DNA from: Anolis carolinensis
Taxonomy: Eukaryota
DNA: 64,000 nt
Direction: 5' to 3'
Assembly: GCF_035594765.1 (NCBI RefSeq)
Contig: NC_085844.1
Span: 184,714,107-184,778,106 of the forward strand
The notes under the pieces are model-generated. The model searched no databases, was not told the DNA's origin, and saw nothing but the letters and a program-made list of their open reading frames with translations. Both the position numbers and the translations under genes were made by a program. Positions 49,867 to 61,639 of the stretch are shown piece by piece; position 1 is the first letter of the stretch; every line of letters starts with the position of its first letter.

Positions 49867-52800
49867 CATTTGAGATGATGTTTGTGTAAGCCTAAAATTA
49901 ACTATTAGTCACAATTAGAGCAGATCACTCAGTCAACACATAAAATCCCACTAATTTAATTGGGCCAGTTTAGCTGAGACTAACACATGGATTTAGACCA
50001 CAGTCTATAAATCGTAGCTGTAAATACCCTAAAGATTCCACATACCATCCAATCATAGAAATCTATACAGGGATAGGTGTGGTTAGTACTTTGATAGGGG
50101 GCACCAAGGAATATGAGGTGCTATAGCAGTGGTTCTCAACCTGGGGTCCTCAGATGGCAATGGCAATCCACCTCTGCCCCCAGAGAAAGGCAATGGAAAC
50201 CCACTTCTGAGTATTCACTGCCTAAGAAAATCCTATAAAATTCATGGGGTTGTCACAGATAGGCAGGTGACTTGAAGACATGCAGACATACATCTTATTT
50301 ATCTCTCTCTACTGTGTTCTCTTTCATTCTAAACAAGGTACATAAGGAGTATGCACTTTCTTTTAAAGAAAAACTATGCTTCTTGAAGTATGATTCTCTT
50401 GTAAAGTGAGATGCATGCTTTGTTTTAAAGTAGTGGAGGATTTCCAGCTGCCAAACCAAGCAAATTGTCACTGTAAAGTGAGCAGCTGCTGACAGAGTAT
50501 AAAATAGATCTATTCAACCACTACTCTACAGTTTAGAAAAATCATGGGGCAAAAACTAGACAGTAAATATTCAGATCCGCAAAATACTGCAAGGAATATA
50601 TGAGAGGCATATTTTCAAGAAATTAAGGGTTTTTTTTACACCTATTCAAATGTATTCTTAGGCAACCGATCAACACTACAACAACAGCCTTTATTGGCAT
50701 ACACAAACAAAATCATGATGCAGACATGTTAAAAAAAGAAGAAGTCACAGATAAAGAAAAACATGATTAAAAATTACTAATTTCAAGAATAAAACTTGCA
50801 ACAGTCTCGCAAAATAATATATCAGAGTCCAATCAATACTATAAAAAATCCCTATCAAATTGCAGACATGGAGTACTACAAAATATTTCAAGAAAGGATG
50901 CAAAATTGCATAGAAAATGTCTCTTCTTGTTAGTGTCTGTCCGCTTGAGCAATAAGGCAGGCACAACTTAGCTTCCTTAACTTAAAAAGATCAATTGCAT
51001 GACATTCTTGTCCACTAAGTTAAAGATGCTACACCTACATTCTAGAGATGTGTATTTTTTACCTTAGGGAACCTACAACGCAACAACATAACCAACATCA
51101 GGTGAGAGCTGTGCATTAAAGTAAAGACATGCTTGGCTGACTATGAATACTGTAATTATACTTTTCTTCTCACACCTACAAGCAGAAAACAATGAAGTCA
51201 GATCCCAGCCATTCAAAAATTCCAAAGAAATATGAAAAGCAAGGCCTCTCCCAAGCAACCAATTGTGTTAAGGAGAACCATTAACTAGAGCTTCTAAGAC
51301 AAGAATCTCTTTAAACTTACAAAGGTTCCTGGTAAAGATTTACAAGAATTTACAAGGTACTGCACAAAAGAGGAACAAAATGCCCCCAAAACCCCCATCA
51401 AATTAGAACTTTGAATAAACAAATAAATAACATTGATATCTCAGAAGCAGACAAAGGCCCTAAAGACTGTAACTGAAAAATGCCAAAATTGCTTTGGTGT
51501 TGCCTGCTAGTAGGCATGCGTTTCAGAAAATAAGGATTTACTGGTATCGAATAAGCACACTTTCCCCTTACAGCTGAACTAATGAAGTATCTGTTATGGC
51601 ACTATCCAGCTCTTGATCACTACTCATTTTGCTTTTATCACAAAAGTATCCACAGAGAAAAGTACAGGGAAAACAGGAAAGGAGGATCCTCATTTAAAAA
51701 TCTAAGTCAACTTTTAAGCTTCTCCTTCAAATTGGATTTATTCTGGGAAATTACAAATTAAAATCTGGGGGAAGTATTAATTGTTATGCATAACAGGATA
51801 ATTGCTTTTACTTTGATGGGGCACTGTTCGAGGAATGCTGTTTCCAAGGGATCATAAGGCCACACTACTCAGTTTAGTCAATCCTGACACAGACCAAAAG
51901 AGAAAAGGGCTGACTGTAAGAAAGGAGCCAGATGCACAGCTAAAATTACATTCACCAATAAAACTCACAAAGGTCACATTTTGCCATAACTCATTATCTT
52001 CTTTGCAGCCATTTTTCCTGTCACAAGGGAAGGAACAGGAGGAGGAAAAATAAGATGTGTTTGTCTGGGAGCCCTCAGGGCGGCAGTGCTGGAGGTGTAT
52101 GGCAGGTTGCTGAATTCTCATTTATCAGCCTTAAAAAAGATGGAGTGATAAATGTATAACCGGCCCTTTAATATTTTATGCAGGTGTTAAAGTGACTTAG
52201 CTGTCAACTTCCATACATCACCAGCTGCTGATAAACCAGCTTTCGTCACTCCAGACTGGGCCTTTTTACAATTTCATTCTCCATTTCTATTTTTAAAAAA
52301 AATCAACTTGTTGAAACTGATTGGCCTGTGGTGTCTCCTGCTCTCTTCAACTTTGGGAAGCATTCTCCTAGTGTTAACTAAAGCAGCAGTTTGTTCGTAA
52401 TTTCTACAAGTTTTATTTGATTTCACAGGAAAATACATTTTGGAATTGGCAAAAATGTTAATTCCCACCTACAGTGATAGGTAAGCAACTAGTCTGCCAA
52501 ACAACATTACAATAACACCTCGACTAACCTGAAATAACCAAAGCACCGAAGAAAATTCTCTAAGCAATCTAATAGTGAAGAGCTACAAAGGGAAATCTAC
52601 AAGAAGAACTATGCTACCCCTGTTTTGTAGGATGTGATTATTCTGTGCACATAACTTCTAGTAGAAAATCCATTGGCAGGAGACAAGCAATAAACATTTT
52701 TGTTCATGGATGTATACCACACAGAAATACTGTTATGAAGAACAATTCTTTAGATAGATTTATATCTGTTTTTCCCTTGAGAGTTTGCCATCTGTGCCAA

Positions 52801-53065
52801 GCTGCTCATTAGCCATCATGAATGGATATGTATGTACATCATTATGAGTATGTGTGCATCATAGGAATGACCTGTAAGAGTGTCCTGGTGTGTACAAAAT
52901 GTAGTGTGGGAAGCAGCCATTAGTCTAAACTACAGGTTGGAGGACATGATTGCTACTGAAGATTAACAATTTTTTGTTCTTAAGCACCAAAAAGTGATAA
53001 CAACCGGACTGGGTAATTTTCCGTCTACAGCCCATCTCAGCAATACTCCACATTGGCCCTCTTAC

Positions 53066-53198
53066 CTCTGAAACCTCCTTCTAAGAGGGTAGTAGCACGT
53101 ATCCTCTTCTGTCCACACCATTCATATTCTTCAAAGCGATTACCATTCTCATTTTCAATGTCAACAGAGTCATCTTCCATCATGCATGAACCTTCCCT
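53066..53198 (-). CDS. RNF220: RNF220 coding exon (133 nt): REGSCMMEDDSVDIENENGNRFEEYEWCGQKRIRATTLLEGGFR(G)
   Basis: Diagnostic RNF220 FEEYEWCGQKRIRAT motif; cag acceptor, gtaaga donor; phases 0/1. Confidence 0.97.
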
Positions 53199-54168
53199 CT
53201 GGGTAGCCAAAGAAAATGAAACATCAAGCATCATCGCATGTTCTTGCATATAAGAAGGATGCTAACAGGTAGTATTTATGTTAGTGAAAACTGCAAAGAT
53301 CAAGTGGATGGTGGAGGACCTTGCAGGGACAATCATCCCCCTCCCCATTAATTGCTGCATTTAAAGTGCTAATTTGAAACTGGGGCTTCACATCATTTTG
53401 CATTATTACTGACTTTATAATCAAGACAAGTAAATGAATTTAGGATTTCTTGGCCCATTTTCAACATCCCACTGTCTAGTTAAAGCTTAAAGTGGTAGGC
53501 AAGGCACTAATTTTTCATCACTCTTCTACTTTAACAAAGAACTACAAGTTTAAGAACGTGAAAAAGTCAAGCTACTACAAGAAGGGGAACAGACACCATT
53601 TTTCAGGATCACCAATGCTAGGTTTCGCAAAAAAGGATTTAATTTTTTTTTCTTCCTAATGGCAAGACATGAATAGCCTGTCACTCTACTGCTATGTATG
53701 TTCAATTATACAGGCAAAATAGCTAAAGTAACTACAGTCACACCAGCAGTGCATTTCAGTCCCTGGTTACCAATATCAAAAGTTGCTATAAGATCCAACA
53801 GGACTAGAATAAGCTTTATTGATATATTCTCCCAAATTATTCCCCGATACAAAGACTAGAAGCACATTGTTAGAACATGTATTGTTGGGCACATTATATT
53901 CGAGGGCAATTCCATTTTTTGTAATGTACACCTTCAAAATTCTGGTGCGGATTACATTTGATGGTGCATTATACTTGAGTAAATACAGTAATTTAGCCAA
54001 AAAGAAAAAGAAGAAGACGTGAGCATCGGGCTTGAGTAAATATGGTATATGTCAACATGTTTTATCTTGAACTAAGAATAGCTGGACTTAACTTTCCTGG
54101 CCAATTCCTCTTCAATCCAGGCCTCAACTGAGTTTTGCTTCAGTACTGTTAAATCACAACCTAGCAAG

Positions 54169-54280
54169 TTTCCAATATACCTCACAACCTCTGAAGATGC
54201 TTGCCACAGATGTGGACGAAACATCAGGAGATAATGCTTCTGGAACATGGCCATACAGTCTGGAAAACTCACAACAACCA
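54169..54280 (+). mobile_element. Penelope-like element short insertion with a degenerate hammerhead ribozyme
   Basis: 11-bp TSD AACCTAGCAAG (54158-54168 and 54281-54291); cct-CTGAAGA-stemII-GAAA-catc-agg. Confidence 0.8.
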
Positions 54281-54509
54281 AACCTAGCAAGAGTTGAGAA
54301 CCTACTCCCCATTCTCATTTGAAAGGTTAGAAAGATCCTATTGCCATGACTGAGAGAGATTAAAGTCTTTAAGATAGAAAGGAAGTACGAAATAGGCATT
54401 CAAGCCTGTGTCCTTCAACCTGCTAACTTGGTTTCTGTCCAGAAAGCAGGCATAGCAGAAGGCAGGGAGAGAGAAGTGAGAAGAAGCAAAGATCTTTCAG
54501 TGCTTCTAC

Positions 54510-54631
54510 CTTTGCAAGGCATTGTTCGACATGCCCACTCCTCTCCTCCTCGGATCCTGAGAGAGGCTGGCTGCAGAGGGGACATACCTGTCCTTCGTCT
54601 TGCTTCCTCCGTTTCATTTTCCCAATTCGAG
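54510..54631 (-). CDS. RNF220: RNF220 coding exon with two donors: 44 nt (54588-54631, (A)RIGKMKRRKQDEGQ) or 122 nt (adds VCPLCSQPLSGSEEERSGHVEQCLAK)
   Basis: ctccttgcgcag acceptor; donors CAG|gtatgt (54587) and AAG|gtagaa (54509), 78 nt apart, both phase 0. Confidence 0.93.
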
Positions 54632-57600
54632 CTGCGCAAGGAGAGCAGAAAGAAAAGAAACAATAGTTTACACACATATATACACAAACACAGCCTTAGC
54701 ATTCTTGCGAGGGGAAAAATATTACATGTTTAATTAGAAAATTAAGTGTCCAAGTTTTATTTTAAACAGTTCAGAGCCTTAAATGCATGTAACCAAATTA
54801 TCACTGCAAACAAGTATGGTTCTGCCATATGCACTAACTCCAACACAAATCATGTCCCTCGTTCTCAAGAGGGAATAATTGCTTCTTTATTCTTAAACCA
54901 AATTAAAAATGATTTCTAATATTATTCATTATCCCCTGAAAAAAAGGCCAATATCTTAGTATAAGAATGCAGGATATTAACTGGAGCTTTTCCCTCCTAA
55001 ACCCATCACTAGTTTATGAGAAGAAATGTTAATCCTTACAAGCTGAAGGTTCCAGAGGCCTAGCAGTCGGCATAGCAGTGATGATGTCATGATGCAGGGC
55101 CTCTTTTAGAACAATTTCTATAGTACCTCAAAAGTGATGTAAGACTTTGAAAAATGGAAAGCACGCATATACATGTGATCAATTTTGAATAAATATTAGA
55201 AAGCCAAACAGGATTATAAGAGGCTAATACTGTCTGAAAGACTTCAGTTACAACTTCTAGTCTTCCACCCCTTGTGCAAGTCTATGCTTCTTTCCTAGGA
55301 GTCTGTATTCTCTGTCTTATGCTAAGCCTGTACCAAGCTGATTGAAAGTAGAAATGAAGAATATGCATGATGATTCCAGTCACAGAATTTGAGGGTGCGT
55401 TTAAGCCCATTTCCCTCCAGACTAAATACATGTCAGTCAAAACAGCCTGTTCCTTTTTCCAACTGCTGATTAATATGAATCATCATTAAATGTGGCAAAA
55501 ACATCCAGAATACATGCGTTAGAGAGCAACATCAATTGTCAAGATATGTTGCTTTAGGCAAATATCATCAAATGTTTCAATCACAGGCAGGGGAAAATGA
55601 GCAGCTTAATTAGTAAGTAAGGTCAACATGTTGATGGGGACCAAAGTAAAAGCCCAAGGAAATCCTGTATAGTAACAAGAGATGACGTGACTAAGAAATC
55701 ATTTAACATGGTAAGCATTATTGACATAATGGGTCTGGTTATATGCTGCAGAAATTGTAACATATTACAAAAACATTATCAAAATAGCTAAAACATAGCA
55801 TAGTAAGTGTGAAGAGACAATCCACAACTAAATTAAGAGAGGGAAATACAGGCTGTTAGTAACAACCTAAGGAAATTATACTAATTATATTAGCACATCA
55901 TTTTAGCTTTCTATTTGACCTGTTTCACTGATGTAATGCATTAGAAAACTCAAGCAGACAAAGATAGAACATATAATCTCCACAAAAATAACCAGGGACA
56001 ATTAACCAAGAACTACTAAAAACATCATCTTTCTCCTAACTAACTCCCCCTTTTTTAGACACTAGGGCTAAACTTCCTACATGTCTCTTCATTCAAGTAT
56101 ATATCCAACTTCCACAGACAAAATATTTCCAGTATATCACAGGAAGAAAAACAATTCTAATGCAGCCTTCAAGAACAGAATAAACTACTATGGAAGGGAA
56201 TACCTAACAGTTTCTTTCACTTATTTGCAAATGGGGAATAAAAACAATTATCTCCATTCTTTCATCTTGATGAAAGAGGACCATTCTCCTTTATCCCAGG
56301 AAAATGATAATTTGAATTATGAAAAACTGTTATCTTAAAACACCTTATCTGGATTCTCAATTGTTTACATTGAACCAGGCACAAAAATCTATGTAATGAC
56401 ATGCACACAGGGCCTCAAAAATAACCAAAGTTAAATCAGGAAGACTTCTTCCTGTTTCCGATTGGTTTATATTTGGTCATTTCTTACTATCCCTGAGATT
56501 ATGATGCATGTTCTAGATGGATGTTAACTTTATATTTCATTATCCTTGAGGAACATCTGGGGTAAAAAACCTGGCTGACTCCCAGTGGCATAATTTTAAA
56601 ACTATTTACTACAGATCATAAGACATCATGTAACCCATTTCAAAGGTGTGATGTGGGGACAGTTGAGGCATACATTCTAAAGCACTTTATAAAAACCAAG
56701 AGCCCATGTGTAATCATTTCTACACAAAGTCTACCTAATGAAAATCCTGATCTGGAGACCGTTTCAGGAAAGCTTTTATAGCCCTGCTGTTATAGTGATC
56801 CTATTACATGTTGGCAGATTTTTCTGACATCACTATGTATGTGTGTGAGCACAGAATACTCAATGGTAAAGCAAAGGATTTCAGTTTGCATCTGGACTGA
56901 AGAGTTTTCGGTGCCACTCATAAAATAAGAGGATCTTGTTATTATGCACTTTCAATAAAAGAACTGACCTTAAAAACCCATGAGAGGGATGGTAAAGAAA
57001 AATGCTATTGCTCACAAAATCAGAGTGGCATAAGTATAAAACAGTAAATAGAGTCAAGAGGAGCGTTTAAAAAGTTTCTGTTTCAAGACCTTTTGTAGCA
57101 GCTTGATACTAGATCTCAAGAGTGAGAGGGAAGAATTGGTGTTATTTGAAAGCCACAGTGAGCAGAATTTCCAATTGCAGCCATAGAGCTCACCTATCAC
57201 TTCTAATCAACGTAAGAGGGATGGAGCAGCCCCAGAGGAAGGGGGGTGACTGCTGAGCTGTCCCAAAGGAGAACAGCTCAAAAGAACACACAAGTGAGAC
57301 CACAGTATTGTTAATTAGTGCTGATAGATGCAATCATTTCTAATTAGCTCACTAATCCTTCTCCTCTGCACTTCAGTGGCAGGAGAAAAGGGGGAGGTGG
57401 GCTGCCTTGATTTTTCCTTACCCTTAAGTCAAAGATTTTGAAAATCTGTGTAAAACAGCAAGGAAAGAGAGCTTCCCTTGAACATCCCTGACTATTCAAT
57501 CTCTTTCTTTAACAAAGCTTCTTTATTCTATCTCTTAGGAAGAAAAGCAAGGAGTAACTCATTTTCATTAGTGCTACTGGAGGAGTTCACCAAACCAAGC

Positions 57601-58802
57601 TGTCCTTAATGTCATACAGCTTCCCACTTCTCTATACCCAGAACCTATCCTAGATTGCATCAATTCTGAACTCAAGTTGCAACCAATACTAGTTTTTACC
57701 TAATTCAAAGATACAAAATACTTCTTTTATATACCAATCACCTCACCATGATAGCCTGTTTTAGTAATCTCTCCTGTTAGAAGTCAGACCTGGCCTCACC
57801 CAAATCGATTTCTCCTACCTAGAATTCTATCTAGAACTCTTGGTTCAAGCCGAATCTATCTCTCCTGATAAGTAACTCGTGTGGAAGATCTCTAACCAGT
57901 CATACCTGCTTGCTAATCACCACTAAGAAGAGTTCTATGAAAATTCCGCTTGGTCTGTATTTGGAAGTAAACCAACATGATTCGCAACAAAAGTGCAGTT
58001 AAGTCTTCAATTTTCACACTTCAGTGAACTTTGTAGTTTATGTTCAGCTTTAAAAATACACATAAAACGAATCTTTCACCACAGAAGGCATACAATAATG
58101 TATATTTATAGTAACATGGGGGAAATGATCATGCAGATTACTTCTTCCCCTAATGCCCCATATTAATGTGAAAAGATGAACTGTGGAATTAACAGATGTG
58201 AAACTGGCAAAAATGAAAAAGAGACAAATAATTCCTAAGATGAAATATGCATTTCTATCACTTAAGCAATGTTGCTTGAATAGTTCCAAGGGAAGTGTAC
58301 ATTTATTTGATAAGCACAAGGTGAAGGAAGCTTTATCATCTGCAAACTCCAGCAGGGCTACTGTTTACAGGGAGTTTAACATGGAGAAGGTCTCAGTGGA
58401 TTTGGGTTAGCAGGCTTAGCAGTGCATATACTGTGGAGTAACAGGTTGCTTTAAAAGTAATATGGTGTTAAATCTAGCATAATAAATATTCATCTTTAGA
58501 TATAACTATTCTTAAGTGGAAGGATCTACATCAATACCTTTTAAAACAAGATAAATATTGCCAAAATCGCTTCAGATTCTACTGATGACAGAAGGCACTG
58601 TACCTTTTTATTCTATCACTGCTTACTAAAACAAACAAAAACAGAGGCATGGGATAACAAACCAGAAGCATCAGTGTCAGGTCTCTACATATTCACTTGT
58701 ACCTCTTCTGTATTAGTACTTAGTGCTATAGAGAATGTCCTAACTTAATCAGCTTTAGGGTCTCTACATATTCACTTGCATCTTTTTTGTATTAGTACTT
58801 TT

Positions 58803-59116
58803 GGAGCCCTGGTGGTGAAGTGTGTTAAATTACTGAGCTGCTGAACTTGCAGACCGAAAGGTCCCAGGTTCAAACCCCGGGAGTGGCAGGAACAGCCACT
58901 GTTAGCTCCAGCTTCTGCCAACCTAGCAGTTCAAAAACATGCCAATGTGAGTAAATCAATAGGTACCGCTCCAGCGGGAAGGTAATGGTGCTCCACGCAG
59001 TCATGACCGTGGAGGTGTCTACGGACAACGCTGGCTCTTCGGCTTAGAAATGAAGATGAGCACCAACCCCCAGAGTCAGACATGACTGGACTTAACGTCA
59101 GGGAAACCTTTACCTT
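58803..59116 (+). mobile_element. Sauria SINE
   Basis: GGAGCCC head, GGTTCAAACC B box, gggaaacctttaccttt tail; TSD TATTAGTACTT (58790-58800 and 59117-59127). Confidence 0.9.
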
Positions 59117-59245
59117 TATTAGTACTTAGTGCTATAGAGTGTCCTGACCTACTGCATCTGCACATAGTTCGGTAACTGCACAATGACAGATAGGAAGGCA
59201 CTCCCCAAAGGTCACCATTAAGAGATAGTTTTATCTTAGAGTTGT

Positions 59246-59555
59246 AACTAAACTGAACTCCATAGTTTCACACTGATGTGAACAACAACAACAATCCTAA
59301 TTAATTTGACTATCTCATTGGCCAGTAGCAGGCCCACACTTTCCATTGAAATCCTAATAGATTTATGTTGGTTAAAATTGTTTTCATTTTTAAATATTGT
59401 ATTGTTCTTTCGTTGTTGTTGTTGTTGTTGTTGCACTACAAATAAGACATGTATAGGAATTCGTTTGTATTTTTTTTTTCAAATGATAATTCGGCCCCTC
59501 AACAGTCTGAAGGATTGTGGACCGGCCCTCTGCTTAAAAAGTTTGGGGACCCCTG
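59246..59555. mobile_element. hAT (Charlie-like) non-autonomous element, one end only
   Basis: Ends aaaagtttggggacccctg (TIR CAGGGGTCCCCAAACT) followed by the typical hAT target ctctagag; other TIR not found. Confidence 0.7.
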
Positions 59556-59619
59556 CTCTAGAGTTTTAGAGGTTTCAAGGTTCCAAGATGCCAAACTGGT
59601 GCTAAAGTTTGAGCATTCC

Positions 59620-60233
59620 CCAGTTCAGAATTCCAAAACCCAAAATCATTCACATGGGTGGCTGAGATAGCAACAACTTTGCTTTCAGCTAGGTCAACTA
59701 ACTTTGTTTCATACACAAAACTGTTTAAAATATTGTATGTACAGTAGAGTCTCATTTATCCAACATAAATGGGCTGGCAGAACGTTAGATAAGCAAAAAT
59801 GTTGGATAATAAGGAAGGATTAAGGAAAAGCCTAAACGTAAAATTACGTTATTTTACAAATTAAGCACCAAAACATCATGTTTTACAACAAATCAACGGA
59901 AAAAGCAGTTCAATACACAGTAACGTTATGTAGTAATTACTGTATTTACGAATTTAGTATCAAAACATTGTGATGTATTGAAAACACTGACTACAAAAAC
60001 ATTGGCTACTAAAGAGCAGACTGCGTTGGATAATACAGAACATTGGATAAGCAAAGGCTGGATAAGTGAGACTCTACTGTATGTCTATACCTTTCAGGAT
60101 ATGTATAAGGTGTATGAGAAACCTGGGTCCCATCTCTAAGATAACTGTACAGTATATGCAAGCATTCCAAAATGTGAAAAGATCAAAATACAAAACATTC
60201 CTTTGCATTTCAGATAAGAGATATTCAATCTGT
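59620..60233 (+). mobile_element. Old MER2/Tigger-like element split by a younger MITE
   Basis: 59620-59741 and 60080-60233 read as one element ending gatattcaatctgTA; similar to 9300-9482. Confidence 0.55.
59742..60079. mobile_element. Tc1/mariner-superfamily MITE (338 bp)
   Basis: ~21-bp TIRs CAGTAGAGTCTCAyTTATCCA (one mismatch) and TA target duplication. Confidence 0.9.
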
Positions 60234-60254
60234 ATGCCTTCATTAATACAAGCA

Positions 60255-60700
60255 TAGCTTCCAAGTTAAGAGAAGTAATTGTCCCACTGTATTCTGCACT
60301 GGTTGTGACTCATCTGTAGTACTGTGGTCAGTTCTGGGCAACTCATTTTAGGAAGGATATAAACAAGTTAAAGTAGGTTCAGAGAAGGACAACAAGGTGA
60401 TTAAGAGATATAAAGAACATAACATATTAGGAAAGATTGAAGTGGCTGGACATATTCAGCTTGGTGAATAAAATACTGAGGAGTGACATGTTTGCTTCTT
60501 TAAATGCCTCAAGGGCTATCATAGAGAGAAAGGGGCAGGTCAGTTCTTGGCTTGCCCAGATGATAGCACCAGGCTAATGGCTTGAAGTTACAAGGGCCTA
60601 GATTTCAATTGAACATTAGAAGAAATGTCTTGCCAGTAAGAATGGTTTGGCAATGGACAAGGACTACGAAGCCCCTTCCAGCTCTATGGTTCTATTAACT
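60255..60700 (+). mobile_element. Old CR1 3' fragment
   Basis: Degenerate homology to 24360-24930 (ccactgtattctgcactggt, gttcagagaaggacaacaag, ctctatggttctat tail). Confidence 0.75.
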
Positions 60701-61639
60701 GCTTAGGCATGATTTCTGGAACGCACAAGCTAGAATATAATAGAAGACCAGAAATCAAAGTACAGGCATCTGTAATATTCTTGATGGGAACACAAAGTTA
60801 TCTATTCTCTTCTAGTCTGCAGCAATGGCAATAATTTGGTACAAGATATTCCTAACATAACTGTCATCTTCATTTTTAATACCAACCTGTGTGTATGTGC
60901 CTTCAAGTTAGGCAATGAATACGATGATTTTGTCCGTTCCTTCTTTTGTAATATAGCCTACAGCACCTGGCATTTATTGGTGGTCTCTAATCCAATTAGT
61001 AATCAGGAATGGCCCTGCGAGGTTCCAAGATCAGATAAGATCTTGGAATTGCCAAGTCTAACCCTACCAATCTTTTCTGCAACTAACCCATTTCCCTTCA
61101 TATATGCTACTACCACAGCAAACAATTTATTTTCATTTTCTTTAGAGTGGCATTCTATGTTGCTAGATACACACTGTCCATTTCACTCTTTCCTGAAGGT
61201 CACTTGTATGTAAAAGTGACCTTGCAGTTCTCCAAGGTTGTATGAAAATCAATGGTTTTGACCAAATTCTTACAAGAAACTATCTAGAAAAAGAAAGTGT
61301 CATGGGTCATGCCGCTGCCGACCCCAACGTTTCTGTGAAAACGGGCAGTACGATGTTTTCCCTCCAGTCATTTAAAAATGGGGTGGGTGGGAATGCACCC
61401 ATCCAGATTTAGTTGAATTGCAGCTCCCACAAGAACTAGCTAGCATAGCCAATGGTGAGATACTGACAGTTGGAGTTCAACAATATCTCAAAGGCTGAAC
61501 ATTTCCCATGCCCGAATTAGAGAATTCTTAAAAACATCCAAAAAGGAATGAAAGTAAAAATATATTCTGCCACTTACAACTGGGTGGTAACCTACAATCA
61601 AAGGAATCTGATCTACTTACATGCTATAACCAAGGGATA

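Noticed and set aside
61548-61639. First 32 codons of the 169-aa ORF as an exapted host-LTR fusion
   Set aside because: They are flanking AT-rich intron sequence outside the TSD-defined LTR; most likely a chance in-frame extension.
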